Assembly: GCA_002269645.1 (NCBI GenBank)
Contig: NIVC01000958.1
Coordinates: 278,067-342,066 of the forward strand
Source of the DNA: Macrostomum lignano
Taxonomy: Eukaryota
DNA: 64,000 bases
Direction: 5' to 3'
Of the stretch, positions 1-12,800 are shown in pieces. The notes beneath the pieces were generated by a model. That model saw nothing but the letters and a program-made list of their open reading frames with translations, had not been told where the DNA came from and ran no database searches. A program made the position numbers and the translations under genes. Positions within the stretch are counted from its first letter, which is position 1, and every line of letters starts with the position of its first letter.

Positions 1-119
1 GAGATAGCCAAGATGCGAACAGACTGGAATGCTAATGTAGCGACCTGAGTTCGAATCTTAGTAGTGCAAAAAGATTTTTTTTATTAAAACACCTTAAAAA
101 CACAACAAAACTGCTAAAC

Positions 120-2085
120 ATCAAAGAAGCGCAATGTCAAACATAGAAGAGCCAACATATCGAACATAAAAGAGTTACCATGTCAAACATTTAAGAGCTA
201 CCATGTCAAACATTTAAGAGCCACCATGTCAAACATAAAAGACCCACCATGTCAAACATAAAAGAGCCACCATGTCAAACATAAAAGAGCCACCATTTCG
301 AACATTAAAGAGCCACCATTTCGAACATTAAAGAGCCACCATTTTGAACATTAAAGAGCCGCCATGTCAAACATTAAAGAGCCACCATGTCAAACATAAA
401 AGAGCCACCATTTCGAACATTAAAGAGCCACCATGTCAAACATTTAAGAGCCACCATGTCAAACATTAAAGAGCCACCATTTCGAACATTAAAGAGCCAC
501 TATTTTGAACATTAAAGAGCCACCATTTTGAACATTAAAGAGCCACCATGTCAAACATTTAGGAGCCACCATGTCAAACATTAAAGAGCCACCATGTCGA
601 ACATAAAAGAGCCACCATGTTAAACATTAAAGGGCCACCATGTCAAACATAGAAGAGCCACCATGTCAGATATTACCAGTAAAAGGAGCCACCATGTCGA
701 ACACTAAAAAGCCACCATGTCAAACATATATGTGACTTTATGTAAAACATTAAAGAGCCACCATTTCGAACATTGAAGAGCCAGCATGTCGAACATTAAA
801 TAGCCAGCATGTCGAACATTAAAGAGCCACCATGTCGAACATTAAAGAGCCACCATGTAAAACATTAAAGAGCCACATTGTCAAACATAAAAGAGCCTTT
901 ATATCGTACATTAAAGAGCCACCATGTCGAACATTAAAGAGCCACCATGTCAAACATTTAAGAGCCACCATGTCAAACATTAAAGAGCCGCCATGTCAAA
1001 ACAAAAAAGTGCCATCATGTCAAACCTAAAAAAGCCACCATGTCAAACATTACAGAGCCATTATGTCAAACCTAAAAGAGCCACAATGTCGAACATTAAA
1101 AAGCCACCATGTCTAACAGTAAAGAGCCACCATGTCGAACAATTAGGAGCCACGTCAAACATTAAAGAGCCACCATGTCCAACATTAAAGAGCCACCATG
1201 TCAAACATTAAAGAGCCACTTTGTCCAACATTAAAGAGCCACCATGTAAAACATAAAAGAGCCAACATGTCAGACATTAAAAAGCCACCGTATCAAACAT
1301 AAAAGAGTTACCATCTAGAACAAAAAGATCCATCATGTCGAACATTAAAGAGCCACCATGTCAAACATTAAAGAGCCACCATGTCAAACATAAAAGAGCC
1401 AACATGTCAGACATAAAAGAGCCACCATGTCAGATATTAAAAAGCCACCGTATCAAACATAAAAGAGTTACCATGTAGAACAAAAAAGATCCACCATGTC
1501 GAACATAAAGAGCCACTATGTCAAACATTTAGGAGCCACCATGTCAAACATATATGTGACTTTATGTCAAACAATAAAGAGCCACCATTTCGTACATTAA
1601 AGAGCCACCATGTCGAACATTAAAGAACCACCATGTAGAATTTTAAAGAGCCACCATTTCGAACATTAAAGAGCCACCATGTCAAACATTTAGAAGCCAC
1701 CATGTCAAAGATTTAAGAGCCACCATGTCAAACATAAAAGAGCCACCATGTTAAACATTAAAGAGCCACCATGTCAAACATAGAAGAGCCACCATGTCAT
1801 AATAAAGAGAGCCACCATGTCGAACATAAAAGAGCCACCATGTCGAACATTAAAGATCCACCATGTCAAACATATATGTGACTTTATGTCAAACAATAAA
1901 GAGCCACCATTTCAAACATTAAAGAGCCACCATTTCGTACATTAAAGAGCCACCATGTCAAACATTAAAGGGCCACCATGTAGAACAGTAAAGAGCCACC
2001 ATGTCAAAAATAGAAGAGCCACCATGTCAAACATTAAAGAGCCACTATGTCGAACAGTAAAGAGCCACCAAGTCAAACATAGGAG
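120..2085 (+). repeat. 23-bp minisatellite (AACATTAAAGAGCCACCATGTC[A/G]) inside Helitron A
   Basis: Degenerate tandem copies, directly visible. Confidence 0.97.
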
Positions 2086-2179
2086 ACGCAATTTCAAATG
2101 TAAAAAGAAGCGTCATGCCAATCACAAAGGAGCCATTATAAAGCTAAGGAAATTGTTGCACTTGCTACTTATTGTCCGG

Positions 2180-2440
2180 TGGATGCTTGCTATTTAAGGA
2201 TCAATACTTGCTATCAATTGGTTGCTTGCTATCTGGGGTGCTTGCTATCTGGGGGTGCTTGCTATCTGGGGGTGCTTGCTAACTGGGGGTGCCTGCTATC
2301 TGGGGGTGCTTGCTATCTGGTGGTGCTTGCTATCTGGGGGGTGCTTGCTATCTGGGGGTGCTTGCTAACTGGGGGTGCCTGCTATCTGGGGGGGTGCTTG
2401 CTATCTGGAGGTGCTTGCTATCTGGGGGGATGCTTGCTGT
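2180..2440 (+). repeat. 16-18-bp minisatellite (TGCTTGCTATCTGGGGG) inside Helitron A 3' end
   Basis: Tandem copies visible; homologous to 16490-16750. Confidence 0.95.
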
Positions 2441-3867
2441 CTTAGGATGTTTTCTTTTTGCATTGCACTTTATCTGAACAGTTTTTCTATTGACTATGTG
2501 AAGGCTTTGTTTGACCATCTTATTGATACTTGCAGAGAACAGAGATTCTATCCAGATGTCCCCCATCGGGGGGCGAAGATTGCTAGTCCTATATACTAAA
2601 AATGAGTTGTCTGTATGTGGGTAGGTATGCGATAGATTTCAGAAAAAATGGCTCAACCGATTTTCTTCAAACTTGCACCATTCGATCAGAAATTTTCCTG
2701 GGACGGTACATGCATCTTGGCTAAGAAATTGCTCAATTTTAAAGGGATTAAATATTCGAAAAACATGCTTTTTTGCAAAGGTCAAGCAGCTCTTTCGACC
2801 TGAAATGCATTGTAAAAATGCTAGAGAAAAAACTGACTGACTGAATTCTGATTGTGATAAAGATTGCATAACAGCTGAATTGTACCTCCGCCTTGAATTG
2901 CGTCACAGTGTTGAAAACACTGTGTAGAAGCATATTACGAGACTTGATTTAGACTGCGTAACCATACTGACCGATTGAAAAATTGATTATGTCATAACTG
3001 CTTCGTGCTCATCTTATAGTGTAATTTTTGTTAAACATAAAAGAAGCGTCAAGAAAAACCTAAAAAATGCTAGCGTCTAGGCTTACTAATTCAAAACCAC
3101 AAGTGTCATAAAAATCGTAAAAGAAGTGTCATTTTAAGCATGAAAAGTTCCTGTAAAGCATAGAAGAAGCGCGAATATTCAAATAACACACATGCCTTTC
3201 TGAAAGGGTCAAGCAGAACTTCCTACTGTGAGCCATTCTGATTGGAATTAAACTTTGCAGCGCCCAGTAAAGTAGTATTTTTTGTCGCCAGGCTAGAGAA
3301 CTATAAATGTAGACTGCGAGAAAAGATTGTACATTATAAAATCTTCCCGTGCACAATTGACAAACTAACTTTAAATGCTGGAGAGAGGGAGAGTGAGAGA
3401 GTGAAATACATGCACATATATACAGTATCTAATTGATTCACAATATACGAACCATGTTTGAGACTGACCCTCCAAAATGTAATAAAACCGTCTGATTATA
3501 AAAAAGTCCAAAAGTGCCACAGAGATAGATGTACATTGGCTACTGAGGCTTGCGCCTCCTTCAGAAAATTTATCTGAATCCTTTCACATAGGAGAGTTAG
3601 AGTTAGGTGTTTGAGAGAGAGTATTGAATAATAAAAAGAGTCCTGACCAATTAGCAGGCGGGTATTGGAGAGAATTTAGGCTTGCTGTACACACTGACAG
3701 TCTAACAGTGTACAAATGGTGTCCAGCTTTTTGGGATTGGGTGGTTGCTGAGTTTAAAACGCGTGACATTATAGACTTCATACCTTTCTCTTTTCTCGCA
3801 CACAACCCCTACTATCCTTTCTTTTCATTATAACTCAAAATTCTTATCTTTCAATTTGAATTCCAAT

Positions 3868-6800
3868 ATGGCTCGACGTGGCACCAGCGCATTGAAGAAG
3901 AGCAGAGATGCCAAGAAGAAGCGTCAGCAAGAGAGTGCCGTTGAGCGAGAGGAGCGGCTGGCTGGACTGCGGCAGCAGAAAAATGAGCGAACGGCCATGG
4001 AGACTGACTCGCAGCGAGAAGAGCGGTTGGCTGGACTGCGGCAGCAGAAGGCTGAGCGAACGGCCATGGAGACTGACGCGCAGCGAGAAGAGCGGCTGGC
4101 TGGACACCGGCAGCAGGAGGCTGAGCGAAGGGCAACTGAAACCGACGCTCAGCGAGAAGAGCGCCTGACGAGACTCCGGCAGGAAAATGCTGAGCGAAGG
4201 GCAACGGAAACAGACGCTCAGCGAGAAGAGCGTAGATCTGGAGACAGAACTCGTGCGGAGAAGCGACGCGCTTCAGAAACCGAAGAGCAACGAAGAGCTC
4301 GAGTGGAAGCCGAGCAAATTCGCCGTCGAGGAGTGTCGGCTGGCAGGTAGGATGACATTTTAATTGGAGCTATATATTTTATAGCTATATAAAATCCAAG
4401 TGCCCTTTGTGCCTAATTCGGGGTATTTTCTATCTTAGCTGATGTTTTATTGGTACTTGGGCATATAATTAAAAACTGGAATCTGTTTCGTGCATTTTTT
4501 CTCATCTTTTCAAGTCGATTGCTTTCCAAGAGTTTTATTTAAGAGATCAGTATAGAATAGCATAAAATTTATTCGTCACTACTTTAATTACCGGCAAATG
4601 AAGTTGTGTATAATTTTTTTCCTATATTCCAGGTTTGATAGTAGTGAGTTGGCCACACCGTCTGTGGTACCTTTTGATGCGTTGCGCATAATTCGCATTC
4701 CTGGTGATGGGAACTGTTTTTTTTATGCAGTCTGTGATCAGTTGCAGGGCACTCCACTTGAGACCGATGCGGCATCTTTAAGACACGAGCTGACGAGCCG
4801 TGTAGTGCAGATTATGCCAGAATTGATTGAACAAGGCTTTGTTTTGCCAGAAAATGCTGATTTCATTGTTGATTCCTCTTTTTCTGAAGGCACATATGTG
4901 CCTGATGAAGTTGTTCCGCTTTTAAGCCGTTGTTTTAATGTTGATCTGGTGATTTATCAAGAAAACGGCACTGTACTGCAGTACTGTATGTCCCCTTTGC
5001 AGCCACCGATTGCAATCGTCCGAATTCTTTTGCGTCATGAGCATTATGAGTCATTGCGATTTGCTAATCCGATTCCAGTTTCTGAGCCCATTGTAGATGC
5101 AGAGGAGCCAAGATTAACTCAGCAGAGTGCAGGTCATTTTGGCGCAAGACCTGCTCAAGAGAGGTAGGTCATTGGTGTGACTGGTCATCATAATTTATTT
5201 GTCATCGAACTCAAGTTGTTTTATTCCAATAAATTTTTTTGTAAACTGAAAGATTAACTGGGAAAACTGTTTGCCATTAATCCTTCCTAATCCTAATCCT
5301 TCTAATCACAGGCCAGAACGGATTATCAGGCCTGAAGCGCCAGCCCATAACTGTGGCCCAATGGACAGAGCATGCGACCAATGCGGTGCATTACTTTGGT
5401 GCTCTGAGACGAGGAATTTCTGCTGCGCCAAAGGCAAGGTGAAGCTGCCCAGCCGCACCGTGCCTCAAGTGCTGGCAGATCTGTACCTGGGGCGGCACAG
5501 AATGAGTGCCGAGTTTCTGACCAACATTCGGAGTTACAACTCGGCGCTGCACCTGACATCGCTGGGTGCCAAACTGCGGTTGGTGCCAGGCTGGTGTCCC
5601 AGCTTCATCATCAGCGGCCAGTTGCATCACAACACGGCGCCGCTGTTTGCAGAGGATTCAGCTGAGCCCCATGGCTGGCAGGTGTATTTCAATGATCGCG
5701 AACTTGAAAGCCGCCAGAGTCTCAGCCAGAAGGTGAAGCCGGAGCTACTGGAGCTATTGCAGACGCTGCTTCACGAGTGCAACGGCTATGTCCGCAGCCT
5801 GAGGGCAGTCGCTCATCGAATCAGTCAAGATCCGGAGTTGGGAGATGCGCGAATCGTAATTCACCCTGACCGTCGACCATCTGGGGAACACATTCGGTAT
5901 GTCTGCAAGACATTCTAATAAGATATTTTGCGTAATAAATTATCCAATTATCCAATTTGTACAGACTCTGTATCCCACAAACTCCGTTCAAAATCAGGCG
6001 CTACAACTTGCCTACGGCGAACGAGGTCGGTATCCTAATTGTAGAGGACAATGAGAACACACCGGCCAGTCGGGACGTCGTGATTCAACTGCGTGGTGGC
6101 GGTTCCCAGAGAATCAGCGAGACACACCGCTCATATGACCCGCTGGAGTATGTGCTGCTGTTCCCGAATGGCGAAGATGGCTGGCACCCGGAGTTGCTGA
6201 TGAGTAATGGCAAGAAATTAACGCCCATGAAATACTATGCGAGCGAAATCATGGTGCGAGCGGGCCAGTTCAGTGTGCTGCACTATGGCCGAAGATTATT
6301 TCAGCAGTACTTGGTGGACATGTGTGCCAAGATTGAGGCAGAGAGGCTGCTGTATTTGCGGACCCATCAGCAGGACCTGCGCAGCGAGACATACAGCGGT
6401 CTGCGGGACGCTCTGTTTGCAGCTGATGGCAGGTCTACCGACAGAGATCCGAGTGACATAGGCAAGCCCGCGCATGTGCTTCTGTCTTCGAGCTTCGTTG
6501 GCGGGCCAAGGTACCTGATGGAGAGGCTACAGGACGCTATGACCTATGTTCACAAGTTCGGTAAGCCGGACCTGTTTGTCACCGCAACGTGCAATCCGAA
6601 ATGGCCGGAGATCAGCGCTCAGCTGCTGCCTGGACAGCGGGCAGAAGACCGGCCGGACATTGTTAGCCGAGTCTTTGAAATGAAGAGGAAAGCTCTTCTG
6701 GCCCAGTTGACCAAGCGCTATGGGAAAGAGGCCGCTCACGTTTGCTCACTGGAGTACCAGAAGCGTGGTGAGTAAAAATTCTGACTTGCAAGAATCAAAG

Positions 6801-9800
6801 TTTTAAGATTTATTAAAATTTAGATTTACAAAGGTTTTGTGATATTTTTTAATACTTTTTTGACGCTCCAGGTCTTCCCCATGTGCACTTTCTGCTGTGG
6901 CTCGTGAGCGGTCAGCGAGTGACTCCGGACCGATACGATGACATCGTGTCTGCCGAGATTCCGGACCCAGAGCAGCAGCCTGTGCTGTATGAGCTGGTGA
7001 AGACGCACATGATCCATGGCCCCTGCGGCAAGGAGAATCCGGCGTGTCCTTGCATGGAGAATGGCGAATGCAGCAAGGGCTTTCCGAAAGAGTTCCAGCA
7101 GGTGACGCTGACCAGCGATACTGGCTACCCACTGTACCGCAGACTATCGCCTGAGATGGGCGGATTTACAGTGGACAAACTGTTCAAAGGCCGGAGCATT
7201 CGCATGGACAACAGGGAAGTTCAAACGCTAATATATTGCTTAGTTGTGCATTGCAGCTTTTGTTTCTGAAAGTTAATGATATTATTTTTTCATTAAAACA
7301 GGTGGGTCGTTCCGTACAGCCCTGACCTGTTGCTCCAGTTTGCGTGCCACTTGAACGTCGAAGTTTGCGCCACTGTGAAGTCGGTCAAGTACGTGATCAA
7401 GTACCTGTTAAAGGGTGGCGACATGGCGACGCTCAAAGTCGATGCCAATAGGAATTCTACTGAACCGAGAGAGCAGGCAGTGGGTGACCAGCAGCCGACG
7501 CAAACGACAGGAAATAAGCCGCGTGATGAGATTAAGGAGTACCTGTCCGCGCGCTACATTGGTCCAATGGAAGCCGTGAATACCATCTTGGGCTTTGAAG
7601 TAATTCGCATTCTAATTATTATTGGCTCATTTTAACCAGAGCTGTGAAACCTCGTCATAGTATAAATTGAATTTCCATCGAAACTTAAAGGCTGTATATT
7701 TTCCTTCCACTTTCTGATCAGGTGCACAACAGGTTTCCGGCGGTCATCCGACTCTGCGTTCACAAGTCGGAAGAGCAGCTCGTGTATTTCAACGAGGGGA
7801 CCGCAAGAGCAAAAGCGAGAACGCCGAAGGATTCGACGTTGACGGCATTTTTCAAGCTGTGCCGTATTGACGAATTTGCTGGGTCCTTGCTCTACACGGA
7901 GGTGCCGTCCTACTTTGTGTGGCACTCCAGCGAAAGAGAGTGGCGGCGGGCCAAGCAGGGTGTGCGAGTCGATGGCCATCCGGGTGTAGTGCGGAACAAA
8001 AACGTTGCACGCATGTACACGGTGAGTCCAAGAGCAGGTGATTTATTTTATGTTCGAATGCTCCTTTTGAATGTTAGGGGACCGACTAGCTTCGAGGCGC
8101 TGCAGACCGTGGACGGCGTTGTGCATCCGAGCGCCAAGGCTGCTTGCATGGCCCTTGGCCTGCTGCAGCGAGATGATCACTGGCGGCGGTGTCTAGCTGA
8201 GGCCGTTCAGTCAAGAATGCCAAGAGCCCTGAGACATCTTCTGGCCGTAATTCTCATATGGGGTGAGCCTGAGGATGGCAGCGACCTCTGGTGCAGTTTT
8301 GCCGAGGATCTCAGCGAGGACCTGCGGTTCCACCACCGAGACTTGAGCACCGAGGAGATTACTGACCTGGCGCTGCGTGAGCTTCAGAGCATGCTGATCT
8401 CCATGGGCGGGAGAAGCCTGCCAGAGTACGGCCTGCCTGCGGCCTCCGTGACACCTCAAGATGGACCAATGCAGTTTGATACGGTTGAGCAAGCACTGAT
8501 TACTGAGGCGCGCTTACCAATGCTGACAGATGAGCAGAAAGCGGTGTACGAGTCCGTGACTCAGAATCTTGTGGACGGCACCAGCGGCTTGCACTTCCTG
8601 GACGCACCTGCTGGCACTGGCAAGACCTTCCTGCTAGAGGTTCTGCTAGCCTTCGTGCGCAGCCGGGGTGAAGTCGCCCTCGCCGTTGCGGCTTCTGGAA
8701 TCGCAGCGACTCTTTGGCCAGGTGGACAGACGGCGCATTCAACGTGAGTAATTTATTGTCAATATTTCAAAAAGCAGTTGTAAATATTTCGTGTGCTGTA
8801 AATATGTTAGGCATGGTGAAACTATTTGTCTATGCCAGGTTCAAGATACCAATTCGGGCGATCCGTTCGAGCAAAGACGTGTGCGCTGTTGGAGCGCAGT
8901 CCAAACAGGCCGCTGTATTTCGGACAGTGCGTCTAATTGTCTGGGACGAGATTTCTATGACAAACCGGAAGGATTTGGAGGCCGTCGACCGGTGCTTGCG
9001 AGACGTGCGGAAGCAGGACGTGCCATTCGGCGGAGTGGTTTTCGTTTGCGCTGGGGACTTTCGCCAGCTGCTGCCCGTTGTGGTGGATGGGACTCGAGCC
9101 AACAGCGTCATGGCGTGTGTCAGCAGATCCCCACTGTGGAAATTTTTCCGGCGGCATCGCCTTACAAGAAACATCCGATTGCTGAGCAGTTCCGATTCTG
9201 CAACGTATTTGAGATACACCGAGCTACTCAAGCAGGTAAGTTTGTTTTCATCAGTTTATTTATTGGAAGATTTAAGGATATTCGGTTTCTTTCGTGTTGA
9301 GAGCTCCATTTTAAAAATTGTGGCTTATTCAAGAATGCCTAGCTTAAAGTCTGTCTAGCGTTTTAAATATTTGACTTTTAACTCCCCCAGATCGGATCCG
9401 GAACAATTGAGCACCCTCTGGTAAATAAACCAGATAACACCACAAGATAATTTGCGAATCTTGTCAGATTCACTACCGATTTCCTTGTTTGAGTTGCGAA
9501 ACTGGTGAAACCACCAGATTCGTCACCAGGTAATTTTTTGTTTTCTTGTTTGACTGTTATCTGGTGAGTTATCTGAATTTCACCAGATAACATGGCCCGA
9601 ATCTTGCTTAGAAATCAGATTACATGACAAGATTCGCCACCAGATAATTTTTTGTTTTCTTGTTTGACTGTTATCTGGTGAGTTATCTGAATTTCACCAG
9701 ATAACATGGCCCGAATCTTGCTTAGAAATCAGATTACATGACAAGATTCGCCACCAGATAATTTTTTGTTTTCTTGTTTGACTGTTATCTGGTGAGTTAT

Positions 9801-12800
9801 CTGAATTTCACCAGATAACATGGCCCGAATCTTGCTTAGAAATCAGATTACATGACAAGATTTGCCACCAGATAATTTTTTGTTTTCTTGTTTGATTGAA
9901 TCTTGTTTGAATCGGAATTTCACAGGATAACATGGTGCGAATCTTGTTTGAAAATCAGATAACAGTACAAGATTCGCCATCAGGTAATTTTTTGTTTTCT
10001 TGGTTGATTGAATCTTGTTTGGATCGGAATTTCACAGGATAACATGGCGCAAATCTTGTTTGAAAGGCAGATAACAGTACAAGATTTAAATCAGGATAAC
10101 TGTGCATTATCTAGTCTGTAAGAAACCTGTGTGAATCTGAAATTTACCGGATAACAGGATGCAAATCTGGTTTGCAAACCAGATAATGGAAAAAGATTTC
10201 AATCAAGATGCCTTTGTGTTATCCGGTCTGTAAGAACCCGTTGTACTCGTACTTTTCACCCATAATTTTTTTCAGAATTTCGTGATCCAGGCCTAATTTA
10301 ATTGATTTCCAAGTGAAGGCCCGGATCAGCATTTTTAGCCTGGAATAGCCCCTTTTTTCCGGAAATGTGATCCTGCAAAAGTTCGGCAAAAAGGAAAGCT
10401 GTTCCGGCTGCATTTTCCGAAAATTTTCACCTTGAACACTGCTAAATTCTAATTGTAGACCCAAATTTCAGGTTTTCCAAATGAAAATGTTCTGGATGAG
10501 ATTTCAGGAGTTCAGTCGGAATTCCTCAGTGATCTAGACCAAGTGATTCGGCAAATCCACAGGGATCAGCTCCCATTGACTCGAATCTCGATGAAGTTAT
10601 GGATAAGACTGGACTTCGCGTCTGTTGTGGCTCAAGGCAGCTCATAAGCTGACCTGCGATGGATAATCAATCCTCGCTTCTGTTGTGGCTCAAGGCAGCT
10701 CATAAGCTGACCTGCGATGGATAATCAATCCTCGCTTCTGTTGGGACTCAAGGCAGCTAATAGCTGACCTGCGATGGATAATCAATCCTCGCTTCTGTTG
10801 TGGCTCAAGGCAGCTCATAAGCTGACCTGCGATGGATAATCAATCCTCGCTTCTGTTGGGACTCAAGGCAGCTAATAGCTGACCTGCGATGGATAATCAA
10901 TCCTCGCTTCTGTTGGGACTCAAGGCAGCTCATAAGCTGACCTGCGATGGATAATCAATCCTCGCTTCTGTTGTGGCTCAAGGCAGCTAATAGCTGACCT
11001 GCGATGGATAATCAATCCTCGCTTCTGTTGTGGCTCAAGGCAGCTGATATGCTGACCTGCGATGGATAATCAATCCTCGCTTCTGTTGGGACTCAAGGCA
11101 GCTGCTAAGCTGACCTGCGAGGGGTAAAGTGCCATATATCAGCAAACGCTAGCGCTCGTAATGTGAGGCCGTGCCCACCCTCCCTGCAGGTGATAGCTTT
11201 GTTGGCTCTCCGACAAACTATTGCATTCTTATTGTGCTGGAGAGGTTTGACTCCCAATGGCATGTAGTCTGTCGCGGTTACTTAGTGTATCAGATTACCC
11301 TATTATCTGGTGCAGCTGGGTGTCTAGATGGAGCTGTGGCATGGTTCCAAAAGCTCCTACTGGCCCAGTTCTAAGGTAGCCTTTTTTAAGACAGACGTTA
11401 TTCTAGCTCTTGCTAGAGCATGCTCCATTGGGTTGTCTAAAGCGTCTGCAGTGTTGGTGTATGGCCACCAGTGAGGGATAATTGAACCCCGCTTCAACCG
11501 ATGAATCAAAGTTGAGCAGTTGACTGAAAATGCTGACCTACGAGGGGTAATCAAACCTCGCGTCTGTTGTGGCTCAAGGCAGCTGCTAAGAGTAGTCACT
11601 TTTATTTGACTACGCGGGTCAATCTTTAATCCGAGGGGTAATAAAGCCTCGAAATTGCAAGGTGAATTGATCTGCTTTTCGGAGGCACTGTAGCGTCCGT
11701 AATGTGAGGCTGTGCCCATCCTCCGTACAGGTGACAATTGAAAAATTGTTGCGCCCTGTTTGTGTGCGAGAGGTTTGACTACCACTGGCATGCAGTCTGT
11801 CACAGCTGCTTAGTGTGTCAACGGGCTGAATGATTCTATCGTCTTATTTGACGCTTAGAAGCATGAGTCAGCCAACCATATTGTTTGGCACAGCTGGGTG
11901 TCTAGACGGAGACTGTGGCATGGTTCCAAATAGCTCTAACTGGCCCAGTATGCAAAGCAGCTTTCCTATTAAGATAGACGCTAATCCGATTTTTTTCGGT
12001 GCATGCTCCATTGGTTTGTCTAAGGCGTTTGCAGTTGCACCAGCCGTGAGCAGAACAAGTCAAGAGAGTAGTCGTTACAGACTACGAGTGTCGGTAATCT
12101 TGTCGAGATTTAATAAATCCTCGAACAAGTCAAGAGAGTAGTCGTTACAGACCATGAGTGTCGGCAATCTTGTCAGCCACTTTTTCCGGAGGGTGTCACT
12201 GCTTCGAACGACGCAGTTGATGACGCCGTTGGACGATCGTCCATCGCACTAGCGACATCTGCAACGCCAAGTCGGTTGGATATTACCGTTGGCACACGGG
12301 ATTGCGAAAACAATCAGGTAAGAGTTTCCAGCGTAGTCGGCATTTCGTGGACGCAACGAAGCCAGCGCCGCGCGAGCCGGCGCATCAGATGATACACCAT
12401 TCACTTTGTCTCCGGTCTACGAGCAGCCGATCAACGAAAGCCAGTTGATTCCGGACGACGACTATGCTACGAATGACAATTCTATCGACGTATGTTCTAT
12501 CACCTGTATGTACATTACTGTTTCTTTATAACTGTGTATATTTTGGAGAAACTGCCTTCCATCGCCATTTAATTTAACTTTAATATTGCAGAGTCGTTCC
12601 ATTGCGCCGGCATATAATGCAAGCCCCCGTCAGTGGTCTCATTAATCGCCTTCCACGCGCGCGACCCGATCTTTCAAACGTCTGGCTCACGCATCGACTG
12701 CCATCAGAGTCGCGTCCGAGTACAGCAGGTCCGACCTGCGACTCAGCACCAGCTCGCAGCAGATCACCAATTCAGTAGTATCAATTAGTATCCACAGTAT

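Larger units (their letters stand above)
1..2586 (+). mobile_element. 3' portion of a Helitron (element A), truncated by the window start
   Basis: Ends in a GC hairpin (GTCCCCC-ATC-GGGGGGC, 2557-2573) followed 8 nt later by CTAG (2583-2586). Same subterminal architecture as 15615-16889, roughly 85% similar by eye. Confidence 0.85.

Noticed and set aside
1-70. tRNA-like stretch with a B-box-like GAGTTCGAATC
   Set aside because: Truncated by the window start and no convincing cloverleaf; at most a degenerate Pol III-type remnant inside the Helitron.
832-2599. Short ORFs such as MSNIKEPPC... and GACYLG...
   Set aside because: Translations of minisatellites; no independent coding evidence.
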